DNA of 62,856 nt, filler included. It is 6 parts of 6 records of this genome, joined end to end, with 100 filler letters (N's around TTAATTAATTAA, not from the genome) between each part and the next. Parts side by side here need not be neighbours in the genome. Positions count along the whole stretch, not along the records: positions 33,714 to 62,856 come from SRR20825010_7023; 5 more parts are not named here. One strand, written 5' to 3'. Below the pieces are notes generated by a model. It was not told the origin of the DNA, made no database searches, and was given only the letters and a program-made list of their open reading frames with translations. Positions within the stretch are counted from its first letter, which is position 1. Every line of letters begins with the position of its first letter. Both the position numbers and the translations under genes were made by a program. Shown in pieces: positions 56,470-62,856 of the stretch.

Positions 56470-56680
56470 TCTTATCCCTAGTTACCGGAAATTCTGCCCG
56501 GGACATTTGGAAACTCCAAAATAAGTCTTTGGCGTAACCCAGTCAACCAAGACGGCATCACAGTCTGGTGCTCCTTCGCACAAATCGAGAATTGTAACCC
56601 GCCGGATTTGCACTATTTATGCTCAGCGTCCGGGCTACACTAGAAACGTCCTCCCAAGCTCCAACCAGAACAGGCACCCC

Positions 56681-57898
56681 GTGACCGCCAAGCCCAAGGC
56701 TCCCCCAATTCTCGTGCTCATTGTCGCAACCGCGACGGGACCACTCGCTTTAAATCTCTTTGTCCCTTCCATGCCCGGCCTCGTGCCGATTTTCGGGACC
56801 GACTACCACACCGTTCAATACACTTTGACACTGTATCTCGTGGGTATCGCTGTCGGCCAGCTTCTCTATGGGCCTATATCCGACCGGATCGGACGCCGCC
56901 CAACCCTTTTGGCAGGCTTGGCCATATATACGCTCGCCAGCCTTCTGTGCGCCTTCGCAGGGTCTATCGAGTGGCTCATAACCGGCCGCGTTTTCCAGGC
57001 TCTCGGCGGCTGCGCCGGCATGGTCCTCGGCCGAGCCATCGTACGGGACGTCTATGAACGGGAGGATGCCGCACCGGTGATTGCCTTCATCACCATGGCA
57101 ATGGCCATTGCCCCGATGATCGGTCCGGCCATCGGAGGCTTCCTGGACACTGCGTTTGGCTGGTATGCGGGATTTTATGTCGTGGCCGCCATGGGCGGGG
57201 CCGCGCTGGTCTACGCCATACCGACACTCCATGAGACACATCATGCACGCACCGACCGGATCGACGTCATCAATCTCGCGCGCAACTATGGCACACTGCT
57301 CACCTCACGGGCCTATCTCGGCTACACGCTGAACACGTCCTTTTCCATTGGCTGCTTTTTTGCCTTTCTGTCTTCCGCGCCCTACGTCACCATCGAGATC
57401 CTGAAGATCCCGCCGCAGGTCTACGGCTTCTTTTTCATCATCGTTTCTCTCGCCTATATGTCCGGGAACTTCATCGCCACCCGGATATCCCGGCGTCTCG
57501 GGATCGACCGGATGATCCTGCTCGGCTGCTGCTTTTCCCTGACCGGCGCCGTTGTCCTGACAACGTTGTCCATTCTCGGATTCCTGTCCGCGCTCGCCAT
57601 ATTCCTTCCCTTTGCCCTGATTGCGTTCGGCAACGGCATGAGCCAGCCCAACGCCATCGCCGGCTCGGTCAGCGTGAACCCGCTCATTGCCGGCACCGCG
57701 TCGGGGCTGATGGGGTTCATGCAAATGGTCTTCGCCGGCCTGGCGACGGTGACGGTCGGTTATTTCCAGAGCGATACAGACTTTATTGCGCTCGCCGTGA
57801 CGGTCATGGTCGGTGCGTGCTGTGCGCTGGCAAGCCTGACCCTCGTCCGCAATCAGACGCCCGAAGTGCCGCAAGAACAGGAAATCGCCGCCGAATGA
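56681..57898 (+). CDS. Bcr/CflA family drug-efflux MFS transporter
   Basis: GQLLYGPISDRIGRRP, RVFQALGG, RAIVRD, PMIGPAIGG. Confidence 0.93.
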   Translation: MTAKPKAPPILVLIVATATGPLALNLFVPSMPGLVPIFGTDYHTVQYTLTLYLVGIAVGQLLYGPISDRIGRRPTLLAGLAIYTLASLLCAFAGSIEWLITGRVFQALGGCAGMVLGRAIVRDVYEREDAAPVIAFITMAMAIAPMIGPAIGGFLDTAFGWYAGFYVVAAMGGAALVYAIPTLHETHHARTDRIDVINLARNYGTLLTSRAYLGYTLNTSFSIGCFFAFLSSAPYVTIEILKIPPQVYGFFFIIVSLAYMSGNFIATRISRRLGIDRMILLGCCFSLTGAVVLTTLSILGFLSALAIFLPFALIAFGNGMSQPNAIAGSVSVNPLIAGTASGLMGFMQMVFAGLATVTVGYFQSDTDFIALAVTVMVGACCALASLTLVRNQTPEVPQEQEIAAE

Positions 57899-58476
57899 GC
57901 AAACGCCCGACAAGAGACCAAGATGCACAAGACCTTATCGGCAGGGCATCCGCACTCTTCACGGCCGCCCCTGAAAACCCGCAGGCACCGTTTCGCTATC
58001 CTGTATTGGCCACCATCGGACGGGATGGAAGCCCGAACGGCCGCGTTCTGGTGCTGCGGACAGCGAATGCCGTAAACTGGCAAGCGACGCTGCATACGGA
58101 CAGCCGGTCGGAGAAAGTCGCCGAGTTGGCCGAAAACAGCATGGCGATGCTGGTGTTTTACGACCACGAAGCCGGCCTCCAGATGCGGCTTAAAGGGGTC
58201 ATGGGACGAATGGCCGATACCCCGGAGAAAAAAGCTGTCTGGCAGGCACTCCCGGTGACCAACCGGCCGAACTATCACTCAAGCCTGCCGACCGGATCCG
58301 AAATCAGCGGGGCGGACGGCAACACCATTCAGCCGGACAGCCAGTCGGGTTACGAGAATTTCGATGTACTCCACTTCACGGCCGAGACAGTCGACATCCT
58401 GCAACTGACTCGTACCGGCAACCGGCGATACCGACTTGATATTCTGAACGAAACCGGGGCCTGGCTGGTGCCCTGA
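57895..58476 (+). CDS. Pyridoxamine 5'-phosphate oxidase-like FMN-binding protein
   Basis: LATI...PNGRVLVLR, HTDSRSEKV, QMRLKG; ATGA overlap with the MFS gene. Confidence 0.85.
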   Translation: MSKRPTRDQDAQDLIGRASALFTAAPENPQAPFRYPVLATIGRDGSPNGRVLVLRTANAVNWQATLHTDSRSEKVAELAENSMAMLVFYDHEAGLQMRLKGVMGRMADTPEKKAVWQALPVTNRPNYHSSLPTGSEISGADGNTIQPDSQSGYENFDVLHFTAETVDILQLTRTGNRRYRLDILNETGAWLVP

Positions 58477-58489
58477 GCATCCTGGGCCG

Positions 58490-58834
58490 TTATGTCCTGA
58501 ACATGCTGACTTTCAGATCTTCAGACGGGCCCAGCCAGATTACGTTCTGCGTGTGATCCGCCAATGCATCCCCGGTCTCCGCATGCACAAACACAGTCAG
58601 CTCACCGCGATTAAGAGCAAGCCAGGGAATGATCTCGCCAAACTGTTCCGGCGTGAACGCAACCTGATAGCTGTAGCGCGGGTGCGGGCCGACAGGCTTC
58701 TCGTGGAAACGCCCCATCTCGATATCGAACATCTGCTCGATCGTCTCACGCAGAGAGCGTGCGGCCTCGCTGCTGTCTTCATCGAAATAAACATGGGCGT
58801 GATATCCGAGGATATCTGACGTGTCTTTGGGCAT
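58490..58834 (-). CDS. DOPA 4,5-dioxygenase family protein
   Basis: YHAHVYF, PVGPHP, WLALNR..LTVFVH, DHT...WLG. Confidence 0.9.
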   Translation of the reverse strand: MPKDTSDILGYHAHVYFDEDSSEAARSLRETIEQMFDIEMGRFHEKPVGPHPRYSYQVAFTPEQFGEIIPWLALNRGELTVFVHAETGDALADHTQNVIWLGPSEDLKVSMFRT

Positions 58835-59001
58835 TCGGGTTCCTTTCAGCATCCCGCCACGAGCAGGCAAGATCAGGATACAGACGATAGCGGCAGGTTT
58901 CATCCCGCCATTCGCGCTATATGGTTAACGAATTTTGACTATGCACCTTCTTTCTGATGCACTGAGCGGACAGCGAGATTGTCAAAAGCGGGAGATGCGT
59001 C

Positions 59002-59559
59002 ATGGCCCTTCACACGACCGGGATCTGCGACTTCGGCTGGAAAGCACCCGACTTCCGGCTGAAGGGCACCGACGGCGCGGAGCACAGCCTTGCGGATCTT
59101 CGCGGCCCCAACGGCACGCTCGTCATGTTTATCTGCAATCACTGCCCCTATGTGAAGGCGATCGCGGACAAAATCGCACGCGACACAGCGGAGCTGGCCG
59201 CGTTTGGCGTTACCTCCATCGCCATCATGTCGAACGATACGGAAGCCTATCCGGCGGACTCCTTCGACAACATGATCCGGTTCGCCGCCACACATAACTT
59301 CAACTTTCCTTATCTTATCGACGAAACCCAGCAGGTCGCGCGCACCTATGATGCGGTCTGTACCCCTGATTTCTTCGGTTTCGATTCGGATCTCGGCCTG
59401 CAATATAGAGGGCGCCTTGACGAAAGCAGGGCTTCACCGGTCGAGGGGGCCCGGCGCGATCTGTTCGAGGCCATGAAGCAGGTGGCGGAGACAGGCGATG
59501 GTCCGAGAGAGCAGATCGCCAGCATGGGATGCTCGATCAAATGGAAAACAGGCGTCTGA
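59002..59559 (+). CDS. Thioredoxin/peroxiredoxin-like (AhpC/TSA) protein
   Basis: FICNHCPYV, DAVCTPDFF, YRGRLD, SMGCSIKW. Confidence 0.92.
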   Translation: MALHTTGICDFGWKAPDFRLKGTDGAEHSLADLRGPNGTLVMFICNHCPYVKAIADKIARDTAELAAFGVTSIAIMSNDTEAYPADSFDNMIRFAATHNFNFPYLIDETQQVARTYDAVCTPDFFGFDSDLGLQYRGRLDESRASPVEGARRDLFEAMKQVAETGDGPREQIASMGCSIKWKTGV

Positions 59560-59651
59560 AATGCAGAAAGCCGACGGAACAGGCACATTTCAGTAACCCT
59601 CACGCCACTCATCTGCCTGTCGAATTTCCCGGGGTAACGGACGGAGCAACC

Positions 59652-60566
59652 TCAATCCGCGCCTCGAGGCTCTCCATCCCGCCGAACCTCGTCCAGCACC
59701 CAGTCGCGGAAAACAGAAACCTTGTTGGAGCGCAGGGATTCCTCCCGGCAGACAAAATAATAGGCCAGCGGCGCCGGCGTCTCCACCTCGAACGGCCTGA
59801 TCAGGCGCCCTGCGCGCAGATCCTCCGTCACAAGCTGAGAGCGAGCCAGGGCAACGCCCTGCCCTTCGATCGCCGCCTGCAGGACCATGTCCATCTGCGT
59901 AAAAAATGCACCACGGCGGACATCCACGCCCTCGATGCCGAAATGATCAAGAAAATGCGCCCAGGTTTCACCGGAAAAGCTGTTCACATCATGCAGTAAT
60001 GGATAGTGCTTCAGGTCTTCCGGACGCTTCAGCCCTGGCGGTCTCGCCGCCACTTCGGGGCTGCAGACAGGATAGATGCACTCGGTCATGAGCTGCTGGA
60101 CGTGGACTCCCTCTTCCTTCCCCTCACCGAGGCGCAGCGCCACATCAACACCGTCGGTAACAAAGTCCGCCTTGCGGTCTTCCGCCGCGATCCGGACATC
60201 GATTTCGGGATAACGCATGCGGAACCGGGACAGCCTCGGGATCAGCCATTTCACGGCAAATGACGGCAGCACGCTGACGGTCAGCGGACGTCCTTCCTCA
60301 TGCTCCTTCAGATCATTCACCGCCGACAGCAGACGGGAAAAGGACTCCCGCACAGCCGGGGCGAGACGCGCCCCCTCGGGCGTCAGTTCCAGCGCTCGAG
60401 GGCGCCGCAGGAACAGAGGACAGCCGAGCTCCGCCTCCAGCGCCTTGATCTGCTGGCTGATGGCAGCCGGGGTCACGAACAGCTCTCCGGCCGCGAGCTT
60501 GAAACTCATGTGTCGTGCCGCCGCTTCAAAGCAGCGCAGACCATTCAGGGGTAAACGGCTCAACAT
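59652..60566 (-). CDS. LysR-type regulator, GcvA subfamily
   Basis: LPLNGLRCFEAAARHMSF...PAAISQQIKALE, FAVKWLIPRL. Confidence 0.95.
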   Translation of the reverse strand: MLSRLPLNGLRCFEAAARHMSFKLAAGELFVTPAAISQQIKALEAELGCPLFLRRPRALELTPEGARLAPAVRESFSRLLSAVNDLKEHEEGRPLTVSVLPSFAVKWLIPRLSRFRMRYPEIDVRIAAEDRKADFVTDGVDVALRLGEGKEEGVHVQQLMTECIYPVCSPEVAARPPGLKRPEDLKHYPLLHDVNSFSGETWAHFLDHFGIEGVDVRRGAFFTQMDMVLQAAIEGQGVALARSQLVTEDLRAGRLIRPFEVETPAPLAYYFVCREESLRSNKVSVFRDWVLDEVRRDGEPRGAD

Positions 60567-60569
60567 GAT

Positions 60570-60582
60570 TTAGCTGAACTAA
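60570..60582. promoter_or_regulatory. LysR T-N11-A recognition box
   Basis: TTAG-CTGAA-CTAA dyad next to the LysR start codon, followed by T to give the GcvA-type CTAAT. Confidence 0.65.
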
Positions 60583-60691
60583 TCCATATGGCAGATTAAC
60601 TCGTTTGATGAATGCCCATTTGTAGCTCAAATTCTCAATCACCGACAGACACGAATGAGCGTGTGTGACGAATTGATTAAGGAGAACTTTC

Positions 60692-60943
60692 ATGTTCAAG
60701 AACGAAACCCTGAATGTCGCTCCTGCCGCATGCATGACAGCAGGAACCAACGGATCGGTCTTCACGCACAAGCGTGGCCGGAATGGTGTTGCGCACGCGA
60801 TCGTCACCACCCTGCTCACCTGGCAGGACCGGCTGCGTCAGCGCCAGTCCCTTCGGGACCTCGGCGACCGTGAGCTTTCCGACATGGGCATCAGCCGGGC
60901 AAAAGTCGAGTACGAGATCAACAAGCCCTTCTGGGCAGCCTGA
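60692..60943 (+). CDS. DUF1127 small protein
   Basis: W..R.RQR..L.DL.DRELSDMGISR...EINKPFW; AAGGAG RBS. Confidence 0.92.
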   Translation: MFKNETLNVAPAACMTAGTNGSVFTHKRGRNGVAHAIVTTLLTWQDRLRQRQSLRDLGDRELSDMGISRAKVEYEINKPFWAA

Positions 60944-60973
60944 TCTGGCACCAGATCAAATACCTGACACCAC

Positions 60974-60995
60974 GCCGCGGCTTTAATGCCGCGGC
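60974..60995. terminator. Hairpin between convergent DUF1127 and paaE
   Basis: GCCGCGGC-TTTAAT-GCCGCGGC. Confidence 0.5.
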
Positions 60996-61009
60996 TGCCT
61001 GAAAACTCA

Positions 61010-62104
61010 CTACCGGGCGTCGAAATCCAGGACCACCGTCTCGCTTACCGGGTGGGACTGACAGGTCAAGACAAAGCCCCGCGCTACCTCTTCCTCGGCC
61101 AGCGCGTAATTCAGATCCATCTCGACGCGGCCTTCCAGGACCTTTGCCCTGCATGTGCAGCACATCCCACCCTTGCAGGCGTAGGGCATATCCGGTCTTG
61201 CCCCCAGGGCCGCGTCGAGAATGGAGACGTCGTCAACACCGAGCGTAAATTCAGTACGCACCCCATCGAGTATGATGGCAACATCCGCGCCTGCGCGCAC
61301 CGCTTCGGCCTTCTTCGCCAGGCGGCTGCGCCGGGCCGCGGCCGCTTTCGCCGCTGCCTCGCCCGCCGGCGCGAACAACTCGAAAAGTACCCTATCCTCC
61401 CCGACACCATGCGCCGCGAGCGCAGCCCGTACGTCACCGATCATGCCTTCCGGCCCGCACAGGAAGAAGCGGTCCACCGCATGCACGTTCAGGACCGAGC
61501 GGAAAAAGCTCTCGCATTTCTCCCTGTCGATCCGCCCGTTCAGCAGGGCGGCTTCCTGCGGCTCCCGGCTCAGCACATGCAGAACGCTGAAACGCGACGG
61601 ATAACGGTTCTTCAGATCGAGCAAAGCCTCGCGGAACATGATCTCCCGTACCGACCTGTTGCCGTAGAACAAGGTGAAACGGCTTTCCGGCTCCACCAGC
61701 AGCGCCGACTTTGCGATTGAGAGAACCGGTGTGATCCCGCTTCCCGCGGCAAATGCCACATACGTCCGGGCAGTCTCCGGGTCCGGCTCCACAGTGAAGC
61801 GCCCTTCCGGCAGCATGACATCGAGCATATCTCCGGATTTCAGCCCATCATTCGCGAAGCTGGAAAAGGCTCCGCCTTCGACCCGCTTTATCGCCACCCT
61901 GATCTCGCCATCACCCAGACCGCTGCAGATCGAATAAGACCGGCGCACATCCTTATCGCCGATCTGGTGCCGTAGCGTCAGATACTGCCCCGGCAGATAC
62001 CGGAATGCCGCGCGTTGCTCTTCAGGCACATCGAACGCAATGGATACGCTGCCGGGTGCTTCCGGGCGCACCTCCCGAACACGCAGACTGGTGAAACGCA
62101 TCAT
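61010..62104 (-). CDS. paaE: Phenylacetyl-CoA epoxidase reductase subunit
   Basis: PGQYLT, RRSYSIC, AAGSGITP, LCGP, C-terminal 2Fe-2S CKGGMCCTC..C. Confidence 0.93.
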   Translation of the reverse strand: MMRFTSLRVREVRPEAPGSVSIAFDVPEEQRAAFRYLPGQYLTLRHQIGDKDVRRSYSICSGLGDGEIRVAIKRVEGGAFSSFANDGLKSGDMLDVMLPEGRFTVEPDPETARTYVAFAAGSGITPVLSIAKSALLVEPESRFTLFYGNRSVREIMFREALLDLKNRYPSRFSVLHVLSREPQEAALLNGRIDREKCESFFRSVLNVHAVDRFFLCGPEGMIGDVRAALAAHGVGEDRVLFELFAPAGEAAAKAAAARRSRLAKKAEAVRAGADVAIILDGVRTEFTLGVDDVSILDAALGARPDMPYACKGGMCCTCRAKVLEGRVEMDLNYALAEEEVARGFVLTCQSHPVSETVVLDFDAR

Positions 62105-62112
62105 CGCCACCC

Positions 62113-62622
62113 CTAGTGACACTTGAAGTAATCGAATGGTTCGGCGCAGTCCGCGCACCGGTAGAGCGCCTTGCAGGCGGTCGAGCCGAACTGACTGAGG
62201 CTCTCGGTATGCTCCGAGCCGCACCGCGGGCAGGTAACTAGCGGATCAATACCGAGCAATGATTTCCTGGAAGTGGATTGCTCCGCCGGAGGCGCGATAC
62301 CGATCGCCTTAAGCTTTTCCCGGCCCGCCTCGCTCAGCCAGTCCGTCGTCCAGGCAGGCGCCAGCACCGTCTTGACCTCGGCCTTGTCGAAACCGGCTCC
62401 AAGCACAGCGTCACGCACCATCATCTCGATATACGCCATGGCCGGACAGCCGGAATAAGTCGGGGTAATGGTCACAACCGCCGCATCGCCGGAGACTTCG
62501 ACGCCCCGCACCACACCAAGATCCACCACCGACAGAACCGGGATCTCCGGATCGCACACCGCTTCAAGAGCGCGCCAAAGGCGTCCTACCGGATCTTCAG
62601 GAACAGGAACGGGTTCGGCCAT
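62113..62622 (-). CDS. paaD: Phenylacetyl-CoA epoxidase subunit PaaD
   Basis: DPEIPVLS..DLG, TPTYSGCPAM, WTTDW, CPRCGS..FGSTACKA..C..C.EPFDYFKCH. Confidence 0.95.
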   Translation of the reverse strand: MAEPVPVPEDPVGRLWRALEAVCDPEIPVLSVVDLGVVRGVEVSGDAAVVTITPTYSGCPAMAYIEMMVRDAVLGAGFDKAEVKTVLAPAWTTDWLSEAGREKLKAIGIAPPAEQSTSRKSLLGIDPLVTCPRCGSEHTESLSQFGSTACKALYRCADCAEPFDYFKCH

Positions 62623-62625
62623 GCC

Positions 62626-62856
62626 TCACCATTTGGCATCCGGATAGGCCCTCGGCAGGAATTGCATTTCCGCCAGCAGAAATCCCAGATGTTCCGAATG
62701 CACGCCTTTCTTGCCGCCGCCGATGGACCAGGAGGCTTCCGGGACCGTCAGCGTGGCCTCTCCGAGGACCGCCGTGATCGCATCGCGCCAGTTCTCATGA
62801 AAATCTCCGGGATCAATCCCGATCCCGGCCTGCATCATCATCTCGTCGATGGCATC
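62626..62856 (-). CDS. paaC: Phenylacetyl-CoA epoxidase subunit PaaC, C-terminus (5' truncated)
   Basis: EATL..P...GGKKGVHSEHLGFLLAEMQFLPRAYPDAKW. Confidence 0.92.
   Translation of the reverse strand, partial: DAIDEMMMQAGIGIDPGDFHENWRDAITAVLGEATLTVPEASWSIGGGKKGVHSEHLGFLLAEMQFLPRAYPDAKW

Noticed and set aside
56484-56502. FlbD ftr-like element CCGGGCAGAATTTCCGG upstream of the SprA-like gene
   Set aside because: Imperfect dyad and no convincing sigma54 -24/-12 motif nearby
58490-58834. Betalain pigment pathway
   Set aside because: This dioxygenase family is widespread; no tyrosinase or related genes nearby
58924-58940. CtrA-like site GTTAAC-gaattt-TGAC between the DOPA dioxygenase and thioredoxin genes
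   Set aside because: Only one good half-site; no supporting context
60944-61009. Cuckoo/CcsR sRNA repeats downstream of DUF1127
   Set aside because: No CCTCCTCCC loop motifs, and too little space

Overview
This window is not contiguous DNA. It is six alphaproteobacterial contigs joined by five identical artificial 100-nt spacers (N44-TTAATTAATTAA-N44), so gene neighbourhoods across the spacers mean nothing. Seg1 (1-4767, visibly lower GC, Thalassospira-like by impression) carries an EAL + PAS/GAF/GGDEF + DUF2336 c-di-GMP operon. Seg2 (4868-12329, Rhizobiales-like) holds housekeeping genes: ialB-family, YkvA, pterin dehydratase, LMW-PTP, thpR, tesA/ybbAP, Pmp3, and BI-1/YbhL with its leader. 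Seg3 (12430-20761) is part of an anoxygenic photosynthesis cluster: bchH-bchL-bchM-lhaA-puhABC-orf-acsF-puhE-hemA. Seg4 (20862-25524, Roseobacter-like) has mfd, hemB, a YSC84 lipoprotein, usg and gyrA. Seg5 (25625-33613) and Seg6 (33714-62856) look Rhodospirillales-like. They carry a sensor receptor, ubiA/rsmE/gshA, a DEAD helicase, a pentapeptide protein, pepN, gcrA, a Fur-boxed ABC exporter, a Mo-hydroxylase maturation cluster, orphan FlgC-like and SprA-like genes, LysR/DUF1127 and paaCDE. I saw no CRISPR array, tRNA/rRNA, phage or IS element. The best leads are regulatory. Tandem NrdR-like boxes 31 bp apart straddle the predicted promoters of both gcrA (which also has four clustered GANTC sites) and gyrA. 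Other leads are a strong Fur box plus an unannotated 27-aa ORF upstream of a lone ABC exporter, a CIRCE at usg, an orphan FlgC/HExxH pair, and a SufU-like protein coupled to Moco maturation genes. All family and taxon calls come from motif recognition by eye; no searches were run.
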